Of a stretch of DNA of 64,000 nucleotides, positions 12,324-24,994 are shown in pieces. The notes under the pieces are model-generated. The model was given only the letters and a program-made list of their open reading frames with translations. It did no database searches and was not told the DNA's origin. Within the stretch, counting starts at the first letter, position 1; the number at the start of each line of letters is the position of its first letter. This stretch comes from Guillardia theta CCMP2712 (Eukaryota > Protista > Cryptophyta): contig NW_005434668.1 in NCBI RefSeq assembly GCF_000315625.1, forward strand, positions 874,533 to 938,532, in the 5' to 3' direction. The translations under genes were made by a program, and so were the position numbers.

Positions 12324-15040
12324 ATGCCTGTCACGAAATCTGGCCTTCCTGAAGCCCTGAGGAACATGATTTCTTCAGTCAAAAGCTCGAAGGGTACGAT
12401 TAGCAAAGAAGAAGTAGAGGAGCGAAGGAAAGCGCTTGCACATGACACCGACGGAATGATGAAGGCAAGGAAGCGGTTGAATAGTTTGCCAGATTCTCCG
12501 AGCGAATATCCTGGCATGAGCAACTCCCAGTTGAGCAAAGCGACATCTGAGATCTTGGATTCGATGTCTCCCAAGACACGGAACCAGTGCGTTGCTCGTA
12601 TGAAGGCCCGGGCTTTCAATGCCGGTGAAGTGATTATTGAAGAAGGGGCGATAGGGACCTCGATGGTAAGGCTGTTGTCTGATCACCTTGATACTCACTA
12701 TTTCAATTCTTCAGTACTTCATCGACGTAGGCCACGCTATTGCTGTGAAGAACGGTAAAGTTCTGCAATCGCTTGCGAGTGGAGATTATTTCGGCGAGAT
12801 TTGCTTCATTGCAACGGTTACCAATTTCCTCGAAAGGAGTGGTGTCCGGACAGATACTCGTCAGATGGAAAAGTGTGTTGGATGCGGCATCTACAGAGTT
12901 GCCTCGATTCAAGCCACAGAGGACTGTCGATGCCTCGAGCTCAATGTCAAGGATTTCATGGTCGTCATTCAAGAAGACCCAGCAGGTTTGAGAGCGATTC
13001 TCGGGTGAGGCTTTCTTTCTTCGCTTCTCCTTGTTCAACTCATCCTCATATTTCAGGATTCTTTCTCAAGTTGCATCGCGAAGAAGTGAAAGGGCCAAAT
13101 CTTGCACAGCACAATCTGCCGAGAATGAGCCTGTCCAAAGAAGTAGCAGGGACGATTTGCTCATCCACAGATCAGCAAGCTCAGAATTGGGTGTTGTCAG
13201 ATTACCCGCAACTTCGCCAGAACCCTCCAATACAAAAGGTCCAAGAACTTCAAGTGAATCTCCCACGAGATTCAGACCAGAATTCAACCAACCTGGGCAC
13301 AGCGGGAGGCACGCTTGTGACATGGATCTACACAAGAAAGGGAGTTCCACGCCTTCGAAGGTGCCGGCTTCAGTCAACCCCGCTGATAATCCCTTCCTGC
13401 ATAAATACCTTAAGAGCAAAGCAAGTTGCGACTTGTTTGACAACTTGTCTGAGCGCAGCAGGTTCCATTGTTTTCAAGCCATGAATCTTGTCAAATTCAA
13501 GGCGGGTGAATGTATTGTGAAAAAAGGAAGCCTAGGAACCACCATGTATTTCATTGACTATGGAAAGGTGAATGCAGTCGTGGAGGGGAAAGTCGCCCAG
13601 TCCTTGGAAAGTGGAGACTTCTTTGGTGAGATGAGTTTCCTCGCAACGTGCAGGAAAAGAATCAAAGAAAGCTCTGAGACAGACTCCACCCATCTACGTG
13701 CTTGCGATGTTGTCGCACAAATCGATGCTGGGTGTTGGGAGCTTACCGTTGAAGATTTCCTAAATTCCTTGAATTCTGATTTGGCTGGGAATCGTGAGGC
13801 TCTAAGGGTGCTTGCTAAGTGCGCAGAGAAACGAAGAGCGAATATTCACCGGCTTGAAAGTGCAAAACCTGGAGAACCAGAACCTGAGCCCCCAGCGCAT
13901 ATTGCTGCAAGATCCAAGCCTGCTCCCGAAACCATGGAAGAGATAGAGTATGGTGTGATCCACCCTCTGTTACCCAACCGACTCTCCTTCACCATCCACA
14001 AGGATCAGGGCCAGACGAAGGTGGAGATTGTCAAGAATCGAAAACTCTTTTTCTTTTCGAGCACCTTTCACGAGTCATACGTTCCTTACTGTGACGATTT
14101 TGGACCTGTGAACCTTGCGGCTGTGTATGAGTTCTGCAAGTACATGCAAGAGAAACTTCAGGATCCTCGACTTGCGAATCGACAACTTGTTTATTACGCA
14201 GAAAGAGATGTTGCTTTACGAACCAACGCTGCCTTTTTGCTTGGAACCTATTTGATTGTAGTCGAACAGTGGACCCCAGAGGAAGCGGCTTTGGCGTTTG
14301 CTTCGATGGGGAAAAGGCTCTTCGTTCCGTTCCGAGACGCTACCTACCAGCCGCCGACCTTTCATCTGTCTCTGCTCGATTGCCTACGAGGTCTGAAGGC
14401 TGCGATGACTGCTGGTCTCTTCGACTACGAATCCTTCGACGTGAATCGCTACCTCTTCCTGGACAATCCAGCTCAGTACGACCTGCATCAACCGTGCCCG
14501 AAATTCATCGCCTTTCGTGGGCCCGACAGCCAGGATGCTCGGATGCTTCGTCCTGAAGCTTACAGCCAGATCTTTCATACGCTCAAAGTCTCTGCTGTGG
14601 TGAGGCTTAACGAGGCCTCGACGTATGATGCGGAAGAATTCAAGAAGAATGGGATTCGCCATTACGACATGGAATTCGAGGACTGCACGACTCCGCCTGC
14701 CAAGCTCGTTGACCGCTTCTTGTCCCTCTGCACCTCAGAAAAGGGAGTGGTGGCTGTGCACTGCAAGGCAGGGTTGGGCAGGACGGGAACTCTCATCGCC
14801 CTGTGGATGATGCGCAAGTACCAGTGGACCGCCAGGGACTGCATCGCCTGGCTCCGTATTGTGAGGCCAGGCAGCATCATCGGCGTCCAGCAGCAGTACC
14901 TGGTAGCATGCGAGGAGAGCATGAAGAAAGGAGCGAAGCTGCCGGAGCCTGAGGAGGTTGAGAAGTTGTTGGCAGGAGGATCAGCCTCCAAGATGGCAAA
15001 ACAGGTAGAGCTGGGAATGCTCAACAGGAGAGATCGGTAA
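12324..15040 (+). CDS. Cdc14-family dual-specificity phosphatase fused to two cyclic-nucleotide-binding domains
   Basis: cNMP domains: VIIEEGAIGTSMYFI..GDYFGE and CIVKKGSLGTTMYFI..GDFFGE. Cdc14 A domain: DFGPVNL, RTNAAFLLG, PFRDA. Catalytic VHCKAGLGRTG and WLRIVRPGSIIG. Introns at ~12666-12713 and ~13005-13056. Confidence 0.92.
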
Positions 15041-15729
15041 TTCCGAATTGCGCTTCTCATAATTTTGTAATTCAACGCGTGATCAAGTGATATTATTCTC
15101 CTCTTGTCATTCATTCGAACCTTGTCAGCCCTACACTGTACTGATTTTTCGAACCCATGACAACCCTTGCCTCAGGGCTACAGCCAGATGACTACCAGTA
15201 CGCGCGAACCCCCATCCTACATCACAGAACCGTGAGCATCGTTTTCGAGCATATCAGGCTTGAATGTCTGCTGTACTCCGGCCGGGACATTCCATCATGG
15301 AAGGCCCAGCAAGACATCAGCTGGCAAGCTAAGGGCCCCGTAGTCGGCAAAAACTTAAAGCCGGTGGCAATCCTAGAGGCCTCAACCTCAGATGCCTGGC
15401 CCACCTCACCCACCAACATTTCATCTGCCAGCCTGTCTGACACAGAGGGGCAGTGGGAAGAGCCCGACCAGCAGAACAGAACTGGGAAAGGGAAGTGAAG
15501 AGAGGGAGAGGAGACAAAAAGGAGGATAGAGATGTTCGAAAAACAAGGCGGGGGGGAGAAAGGGGGGTACTGGAAGAAAGTAGGTGCGATAGTTCACACA
15601 TGCTTGAAAAGAATTTTCTCACCTGAATCTCGCAGGCACGTTGCTTTCTCCAGTACCTCTCAGCGTTCTTTGATTCATGGTCCCTCACTTTGTTCTGATC
15701 AAGGAATTTCACCCATGCTCATGATCTAC

Positions 15730-16956
15730 TCATCCTGTGTTCGAACTCATGTCCTCAAGTTGTCGACCAAGCCTCCGACGAATCGCTTGTCTCTGTTTCT
15801 TCCTGAGCCGCCTCCTTTCAGGATCGAACATTGCTCGCATTTTCTGAGGAAGATCACGAAGCTTCTGCACAAGCTGCGGTCGCCGCTCGAGCTCGAGATG
15901 TTGCAGAATCCAATTACGGAAAGCTCGGATCGCAAGGGGGTTAAGCTTCCCCATGTCTATGAACCAGAATGACACAAAAGGAGAGGTCTTCTTCTCCCTG
16001 GACCCTCGAGCTCCAGCCGGCGAGATGTACCTGAATAGCAGTCAATCATGAAGGTACTTGAGGGGAGAAGTCGATTCTTACTCATATCGGTTGGGCGGGA
16101 TCACGTAGAAAGGTCGAACTCCACTCTTCAGCATCTTCTCATAGTAGTCTTTGGTGTAGACGTAGTTTGGGACAAGCACCATCCATGGCTTCTCACAGCT
16201 CGAGCAGAAACTGAAAAGGCGCTCAATGTGGTCGTTACTGTATGGAGGGTTTGTAACCAGAACGTCGAATGGCGGCGTTGTGCCTTGTTTCACCGCCTCA
16301 TAAAAATCTTCATTCTTGTTATAAACATGCTGGAAGCCTCTGTCTCGTAGATTCTGTGCCACTAGTCCATTGCAATAATATGGATCGTATATCATCAGCT
16401 CGTCCGCCCTCTTGCCGATGTTCGATGCGATGGCGAGCAACACCGGAACTATATCGTCGTAGGCCTCCCCGGGAGTTTCGCAATGATCTTGATGCTCAAC
16501 CGAAAACTTGTGCTGGATTTTGCCTCCTCCTTTCGGTCCAACTTTCTTCCATGGTGTCGATCGCACACTCTCGGACTTATTTCTGTTGCCAGACTTGATG
16601 GCCAGGAGCTTGGCCAGGAGCCTATGTAGGAAAAGGTGGTCATGGAATCGAAAGCAGAAAGCAAACAGAGGATGGGAGGACGAGGTATCCATACATATCG
16701 TCAGAATAGTGCTGCATGGAAACCGAGAAAAGAACAAGAAGGAAGGGCTGCAAGAGTGCAGCAAAGGAAGGAGCAGCACGAGCTGCAGTGTGAACAAGCG
16801 GTGGACAGCGGAGGGGCTGTATGTGAAGGAGGAGGAGCAGTATCGATCATGGAGGGGCTATGAGACGAGAAGGACAGGAGCAGGAGGATGGCACAGGAGC
16901 AGGCGCGCAAAGGGACAGCATATCGGTTTTTCTTACTTTTCCTTGGCCGAGGCCAT
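15730..16956 (-). CDS. SAM-dependent amino-(N6-adenine-type) methyltransferase-like protein
   Basis: DHCETP, IYDPYYCNG (motif I-like), NEDFY, DVLVTNPPYS (motif IV), KPWMVLVP. Two introns join MASAKE/KLLAKLL and RYE/YISP. Basic C-terminus RRRLRKKQR. Confidence 0.72.
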
Positions 16957-16974
16957 GGCGTAAAAATATGATCT

Positions 16975-17280
16975 GGGTACCCCACTCAAGCCCACCACTG
17001 ACCCCCTTGTATTTAGAGACACCCTACCCCCACGAAAGTATGGCAAACAGATACACACCCGTACCTACCTCTACCAGCGGATGCCCAGAACCCCACCCCT
17101 CATCTACAATCATCCACCCACCCTTCAATCCAACCACCTACCCCTTCATCTTTTACAGATTCAATTGTACCCCTACCCTTGATATCAAGGAACACTACCC
17201 CATGTTATCACACGGAATTCCTGCCAAAGTACACCCGTACCCCCCGATATGGTAACCTTTTCGGGTGGGTCCACATCCTA
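16975..17280 (-). promoter_or_regulatory. TACCC-rich tract (GGGTA on the minus strand) filling a divergent promoter
   Basis: Lies between the ATGs at 16956(-) and 17292(+). Confidence 0.45.
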
Positions 17281-17291
17281 GTGTCCTGTCC

Positions 17292-18088
17292 ATGCTGAGG
17301 CTGGCGGCTGTTGCAGCAACCATCATGGCTGCAGAGGCGTTCATGATGAACCCCTCCTGCATGCTCCCAAGGTCTGAACGACATCTCTTCATGCGCCTCG
17401 CTTCCCCTCCTCTGCCATCTCCTTGACTATCATCGAGGCTGCCAGCTCTCTTTGTGAGCAATTACCATTTGGTTCATCATTCTGAATTGCACCAATACTA
17501 CACCCATCTGTCTGATTCTCTGTATTTACATTTTTCTTCCTTGAAACGCAATACCCGTGTCAACCCTCTGCTCTTTCGCGACCATCACAGACTCTTGATC
17601 GCAACCAGACTGGGTTCACCTGAAGTTTTGCTGAATGTTTCTGGTTTGCAGCAAAGCCCATGCTGTTGCCAGGAGCAGCTGCCAGCGCATTCCACTCCGC
17701 AAAACCAACTTGAGGTAGGAGCTTGTTGCTGGGGAACCAAGTAGAAAAAGGTTTTCCTCACCGAAAACGCGGCAGGATGGGCATCGAGCAACTGGAGTTC
17801 ATCATTCACCCTGATGGGCGTGTGGAGGAGAAGGTGACGGGGGTGAAAGGAAGAGAGGTAGTCCTTCAGCGGTGACATGCACAGATATCTGATGTTGGTG
17901 TCTCCTACCAGTGCCTCAAGATCACCGAAGAGATCGAAGAGTCCCTGGGCAAGGTTGTACATACGGAGTCGACGCCGGAGATGTTCGAGGAGAAGGTGGT
18001 CATCCAGAATGTTGAGAATGTTAAGGAGGGCACTGGCTCCTGGAACGGCGGCGGTGAAGCCAACCAGGGCTCTTGGACGCAGTATTAA
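17292..18088 (+). CDS. Plastid-targeted DUF2997-family small protein of cyanobacterial type
   Basis: Leader MLRLAAVAATIMAAEA-F; mature part MGIEQLEFIIHPDGRVEEKVTGVKGRE/CLKITEEIEESLGKVVHTESTPEMF matches the cyanobacterial DUF2997 pattern. The transit-peptide exons are uncertain. Confidence 0.75.
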
Positions 18089-18198
18089 AACGTAACTTAT
18101 GAGGATTGAATGAAGTAGTTGACAGTAACGCTGGAATGGTCAACAGCTGGCAACTGGTAGAGAAGTCTGGAAAATTCACGGTTTGTTCCAAGAGGATA

Positions 18199-19098
18199 TC
18201 AAGTTTCAGGCTTCTTTAACAAGATTTGAAATTTCTTGTTCCCCAATTTGACCTGGACGTTTTGCACCAAGATGTTGCACGCGATGTCGATCGGCAAACG
18301 AGGGAACTGATATCAAGGTTCACTTCTAGCCTGTAGCAAAGTCTTCACAGCACACCTGCTCTCCCTGCGCGATCTCCAAAGTCTCTGGGACACCACCGAG
18401 AAACCATGCGACAGAAGCGTGGAAGTGCATATCTTCGTAATAGGGCTGTAGCTTGAAGCTTCGCAGGACTTCGTCGGTAGTTTTCACTGCAACGACACAG
18501 AAAGCGAACTACGGTCAGGATCAATGAGAAACATGTTGAACAGATTACCTATCTTTAGCATCTCGTCTTCGACAGGCCTGACCGTCATGCAAACGAAGGA
18601 GCGGGTTCCTTCTTCGTTGCTGAGGAGCTCCACCGCTGACATCTTCATGTGGAACGAGGGGATTGAGTGCAGAGCCTTGCGCAACCTGTTCACCAGCGGC
18701 TGTATCTGATGCCTCTTCACCACTAGCGTGCGGCTGAGGCTGATGTGCATCTCATCCAGGGTGATCCTGTGCAAAACTACCTCGCTCGGCAATTTTTTTC
18801 TGGCATTGTCAAAGACCTGCATCGCTAGTGTTTGTAGTTCTGGTACCTGCTTCAGAGAGACGAAAACGAAACCAGCATAATTGCCTTCAACATGAGGGAA
18901 AGAACGAATTCTTCCATCGCTTGCCACTTGTGCATTGAACATCAGATCCCCCTGTCCTCCTGATCCTTCAGTCTCCGACTCCGCCTGCGATTTCAACTTG
19001 TCGTTTTCGCATCTGCTCGATTGCTCTTTGTCCCTATTGACATCTTCGGCATCACTATCACTGTCAGAGTAGGCCTCTAAAGCACCAAGTGCGCTCAT
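18199..19098 (-). CDS. USB1: U6 snRNA phosphodiesterase (2H family)
   Basis: DGRIRSFPHVEGNY, HISLSRT, LSNEEGTRSF, second 2H motif FHASVAW; two introns. Confidence 0.9.
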
Positions 19099-19486
19099 TG
19101 TTCGCCTCCAGCTTCTTCAAGTTCAAATCGATAAGACCGGTGGATTTATTCCAAACCTTGAAACATATTGCACTAATACTTAACAATTCCGAACATTTCC
19201 AGAAAGATTGGCGTTACACGAATGATACCAATTCCAAACAATGTGACAATGGCAGAGGATAAGGCTTGGGACTTTGCCATGCTTTTCACTTCTGTTGGTG
19301 TCATACCAAACCATCATCAGTCAGTAGGGTGTATCACAATCAGATATCGGATGCAAGGAGTGTGGAGGGACAAGAGAGTGAAAGGAGGAATAGACAAATG
19401 GAGTTGGGGGAGGAGGGAAGAAAAGAGCAAGGAAAAGATGCTTGTTCCTCAACCCTCTGCCTCACCTGGCGAGCAAGGTTCAGGCA

Positions 19487-19980
19487 TCATCATGGCTGCA
19501 GCGGCTCGAGACGATTCTTTACTCAACTCGCTTCGGGCGAGTTTAGTCGGTCCGATCGACCGAGGCCCCCGGCCCCCCCCCGGCGGCGTAAGGTCCGGGG
19601 CCCGCACTCCCGGTGGCATGCCAGTGACGGCCCGGCCGGCAAGAGCGGCCGACATTATTGAATGCGTATGGGTTCAAATTGGATAGGACAAAGTCGACAA
19701 ACGGGGGGTGGGGTTGAAAAGGGTTCACTCCATGACTGGGTAGAAGTGGTGGAAACAAGGGGTAGGAGTAACGGTGTTTCCATAATTGAGGGGTAGGGTA
19801 TTGGGCCTCGTATGTTGCTAACGCGTGGTAGGGTAGTAGTCCTACAGATTGTAGGGGTGTAAATCAAGGGAAATAAGGGGGTACAGGCATGATGGGAAGG
19901 AAAAGTCACTACGGGGTGACTCAACCACTAGGGGTAGGGTAGTCGAGGAGGGGTAAAGGTGGACCGCCAAGTTAAGTTTT
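19487..19980 (+). promoter_or_regulatory. CpG-rich block (19487-19655) followed by a GGGTA-rich tract (19665-19980)
   Basis: Same bipartite layout as 10598-11830; begins with CATCATCATGGC. Confidence 0.45.
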
Positions 19981-20319
19981 CCAACATGCTGGAATTCAGA
20001 AACAGAAAGCGGAGGAGGAGGAGGAGAGGGGGAGGGAGGAGAAGGAAATTGATTGCAGGAGAAAGATCAGGATTTGTGCCAAGATACAGAAATGAAAGAA
20101 AAAGATCGCGATGAAGTGAAAATAATGCTGTAAGGGCAGGAAGCAGGACGAGTGAGGGGCAAAACAGCTGATCGGTTGTCAACCGAAATGAATTTTACTA
20201 GCAGATTGTGAAGGATTCGGGGGATGGAGGGGGGGAGGGGGGAGGGGACGAGATGAGTTATCTTCCCAGATAGACATAATTGAAGAACCTCCACACAACT
20301 TGAACTAGAATAAGGTGCA

Positions 20320-23300
20320 ATGGGGAATCTTCATTCTAGGTACACCCCAAGACAACAAGAAAGGGAGTGGCAGACGATCGTAACTTGGCACTGTCACTTG
20401 ATGCATTGATGTGCATTCATCATATGGTCGTTCCTGTGACTGAATCGCATGTTGTGCAGCTCTGCCTGAAGGAAGGTAGCTGGGATGATTGTTAGGGCCT
20501 CAACGGATTGAAGAAAGACATAAATCCACTTCACAAGCTTGCTCGTCCGGGACAAGCACAGAAGGGGGCTCCTGTGATGGAGCAGAGACAACGTGATTGG
20601 TTCCAAACTTTCAGAGAGCATCGTAGGTTGGAGGGCAGTGCACACAACCGGGCGCATGCAATCCTGCCTTTCCCATGTCGAGGATCAGCGAAGGAAGGAG
20701 CGGCAAGGAGGAGGGTCCATGGGTTTGACCTCAGGAGGACGCCCTTGTGGGTGATGACGAGATTGCTGCTCTCAGTGTGGAGCTTTCGGGATATGCTGCA
20801 GGAAGCCCTTAAGCAGCTGTTGACACATGTATTATATGTTTTACTTACTAACTCCAAGGGAGAATCATCCAAGTACCTGAGAAGAACTTTTCTGTAACAT
20901 CTTCACTCCTTTCTCCGTGCAGTAGGCTGATCGGTGGCAGGCTGTTGAGTCTGCTCTTGTTCAATGTCACGACCACACATGCCAAGGTGTTCCGAGAAGT
21001 GGTTGTTTCCAGTGACAAGGTCATCTAACTAACTGTGTAAGTGTTGGTTTTTTTTTAACGGAAGTTCTGCGTTTATTCCAGTGGATTTACCTTACCAAGT
21101 TTATTTTTGATACTTCTGGAGAAGGGAAAGTTATCTACTCGATTCAAGCAGGAGGCCAACTTGTGAGAGAGCAGTTGCAGTTGTTCGTGCTTGTTCTAAC
21201 GTTGATAAGGCTTCTTCGAGCCCTGTTCAATGCTCCACGTGCAATGCATACTTGAATTGTAATGTTCTTCCTTGCAAGACGTCGAGTGAAAAGATATCCT
21301 GCAGCGTGCTCTCTGAGGTTTCTCCTCCTACCACTTGTCAATGCTCATCTGTTGATTCTTGTTCCCACAGGCGAAGATGCAAAACTTTGCCAATGGTACA
21401 TGTATGGTATCAAGTCCGTGGGTTGACTCCGTAAGCTGTGCCGAATACAATCAGGTCAGCATTCTCCTTTTACCATTGCCTTCCTTTTACCATTGCCTTT
21501 GTCCCTTCGTCTCCTCTCCTCCTCTTCCTCCTCCTCCTCCCCCCCACCCCCCCCACCCCTTCCTCCCCCCACCTCCAACATTTGGCTGTCAGCAACATTA
21601 TCATCAACAACAACAATAACTGCAGCAGCAACATCGGCAACACCACACTGACACCTCTTGTCTTGCCATTCCTTGCCTGTCCCCACGTGCTGTCTTCCAC
21701 GGGCGCAGAATTTGCAACTATCCTGGTCGGATTGTACTGCGAGCACGGCAGGATACACGAAGCTTCTCTTCTATTCGGATGTGAGAGTCGCTATTTTCAC
21801 CTTATTTGATTCTTCTTGTGCTTCGATTGATTGCGACATTCAGGTTGCAGACTCGTTTTCAAACTGGGATGCTGTCTATCACGATGAAACGTTGACCTGT
21901 GAAGACAGGAAAGAGTCGAGAGGAAAGGTGGCATGGGGTGTGACGGCCTTCTCAGGGTTGCACGTGCTGCTTTCGTTGTCAATTTGGAGCCAGGAATGAT
22001 CAGCCAGAGTGAAATCACAGTCTCGAAGTCAGGGGTTCCTCACATATGGTAGGATCTTGGCGATGACATGTGTAGTTGAGTTTGTAATGTGGCATTCTCT
22101 CGGATGTATCATACCTGTCTTGCGCTTGTGTTGCCACAAATGCATCTTTCACTCAAAGCTGACAGTCGGTCTTCAGGTATGTGGTGATCGCAAACTGTCA
22201 GGGATCTCTCAATCCGGTTTGTTGTCTCTTTCACTGTATATCCTCTTCACACTGTGTCAAGAACACTCCCAACATCGAAGCAGGGGTCAACATCAGGTGA
22301 GACTGAAGATTGGTGATGGTGGGGAAGTGGGGATGGGAGTGATGGGCTCACGACCATGAAGCTGGAGGTTTTCAAGAGATGACGATTTTCTCTTCTCACA
22401 GCCTGTACAACAAAGGGTGGACTCTCAACTCCGACCTGCAGATCTCGTGTAGAGGTTCTTGTCAATTCGGGGTTGACGAGCAGGTAGAAGTTTAGTAGAG
22501 TAGGTTGCTTGGTGGAACGGGGTGGAAATAGGAAGGACATAAGGGTGGAGAAGGAGGAGATGCGACAGGAGGAGATCGTGGCGATAGAGCTGCACGGGAA
22601 AGGAGGGTTGGGAGGGAGGGTTGGAGGGACAGCACTGGCGAGCAGGCGGAGTTGCTGAAGTTAAGAGGCAGGGCTTGTGGGCGATAACATTGAGTTTCCT
22701 CATCCTCTACACCCTTGAGGGACTGCTCTTCGTCTGCATTGCCCGTCATTTCATGCAAAAGAGAGTGAGTGACGATGCTACTTGCTCTCCTGGGTGTTTC
22801 CCTCTTGCAGTTCGCTCACCCTGCACCTTCGCTTCCTCGGGCTCCTGTCCCGTCTCTACCGTGAAAGTTACAGTTCTCCTCCTCCTCTCCCTCACCCTCC
22901 TCTTCCGTTTCTCTTCTTGAGAATAACAAGCTGCGGCAGCTCATGCACGAGCTTCACTGGTTCCTCTTCTTCGCCTTCTTCGCTTACTGGCTTGCGAGTG
23001 ACTTGGAGGTGAGGATGGACAAGGAGAAGCAGGAGGGAGGGAGGGGAGGAGGAGCAGGACCAAAACTTCGCTGACCTCTCGTACAAGTTTGCCTACTATG
23101 ATGGATATCAGAAGAGCGGTGTAGGAAATGATACGCTTAGCATTTTTGCGAGGTGAGAGGTGGAGGCTAGGGAAAGGAGGGACGTAGAGAGAAATTTCTG
23201 ACTTGGATGTCACAAAAGGAGCTTGGAGATGATGGGTTTCATCATCTTCATAAATGTGCTGATAGTGATCGCACGTGGGTGGCCCATCACGACGACCAAG

Positions 23301-24744
23301 TTGTCAAGTGAGAAACATGATTCCTCTCCCCTCTTCTCCCCTCCCCTCCGCTCCTTTCAATTTGATCTGCTCTTCACTCCTTCATCTCCTCTCCTCTCCT
23401 TTTCTTCTTCTCTTCACTCCTTTCTCTCCTCTCCTCTCCTATCCTCTCCTCCTTGCAATCTTGGTATCTTCCTGACTCCATTTTCCCCCCTCTCCTCCAC
23501 TTTGGCTCTTCTCCTTTGTTTCCTCTCCTCTCCTCTTTTCTTCTCCTCCACAGGGAAGAGTGAGAACGTGTTCTTGACTATGATCATCATCCTCGTCTAC
23601 GTGGCCCTCTACTTCGCCGACATGTGAGTGCGAGTCGAGAAGCAATCTCTTGTGTAGCTGATGCTCTTGCTGACAGGCTGAGGGCTCCAGGAGACAATTC
23701 TTATCTTTACAGCAACTGGGCAGGATACATGTTCATTGCTATGAACCTCGTCCTTCTCATCCTCTTCCTCAACCTCATCCGCAGGACATATGTGAGCTCC
23801 TCCTCCTCCTCCTCCTCCTCTACCTGTACGAGTCTCAACGGACAGACTCCTCCTCCTCCTCCTCCTCCTCCTCCTCCTCCTCCTCCTCCTCCTCCTCCTC
23901 CTCTTCCTCCTCCTCCTCCTCTCCTTCTTTCCGTCCACTTTTCTTCTGCTCTTTCTTCGTTCGACCGAACTGCTTCCTTCAATTTATTTTTGCATTCTGA
24001 AATTCTTCATTGTTTGTCAAGATTTTCGAGAAGCGACTCGTCAAGCGGCTCTTTTACCGGCGTTTTGCCTTCATCTTCTCGTTATGGTTCATCCAGGTGT
24101 GATTGCCTATATTCCAAACCTAAAACTCCTCTTTGTCCTCCTCCTCCTCATCATCATCATCATCATGATCACCACCACCATTACCATCATCATACCTTAC
24201 ATCCTTGTATTCTCTCCCCCGTCACCTCCGCGTTGTTCCCTTATGCTTCTGCAGCTGCCGATATTTGTCGGCATTGCGTCAAGTCTGTCTGTCTGGAACC
24301 AGGCCAAGGTCATGTACGCGATACAGCGAGGCATTCAGCTCCTCGCCTTCTGTCTCATCCCCCTCATTCAAAATCCTTCAAACGCCTACGAGGTGAGACA
24401 TTCTCCTAGCGAGCTCCTGATATTGACTATCACCCTCTTCCTCTCCTTGTCCTACCCCTCCTTTTCTCCTCCTCCTCCCCTCTATGCTTGTCCTACGATT
24501 GTCTCTGTCCGCCTCTCCAGATCTACTCTGTCGTCAACAACTACGATGCTCGCATCCCCTCCGTTGCCCGACAGCTGCGGGTGCAGCCCATGGGTGCCGT
24601 GAGCTCAGCGGGTACATCAACCCTCCTCTTCCCGCTCCCCCTGTGGCTGTGCTGACTGCGAGCAGGACTGCCTCCGGTGAACCCCAACATGCGAGTCAAC
24701 CTCGAGGAGGAGGAGAGGATGTCGTACAAACACAAAGGAGGTGA
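20320..24744 (+). CDS. TMEM145/GPR180-like (GOST) seven-transmembrane protein; start uncertain, many introns
   Basis: Exons encode LIVIARGWPITTTKLS, APGDNSYLYSNWAGYMFIAMNLV, FEKRLVKRLFYRRFAFIFSLWFI and LPIFVGIA..VWNQAKVMYAI, typical of the GPR180/TMEM145 membrane region; cysteine-containing lumenal N-terminus. Confidence 0.72.
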
Positions 24745-24994
24745 AGGGAACGGGGCAGGCGTGGGGAACGGGGCAGGAGTAGGCGCTGGGTATGGAGATG
24801 ATTCGGAGGAGGAGGAGGAGAACGGGAGAGAGGACAGAGAGAAGCATTAATATAGGGAATGAATGAATAGAATTATTTTACGGGGCCAGCAGATTAACTT
24901 TTACAGCTTCAGATGCGAATGATGTCTACTCGAGTTCTCTCTGCTACTCGATGCAGACAGTCCTCGTCCTTGAGCTGAGCATGATTATCTGATG

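Noticed and set aside
15157-15712. Short ORFs between Cdc14 and the methyltransferase
   Set aside because: No recognisable motifs or convincing exon structure
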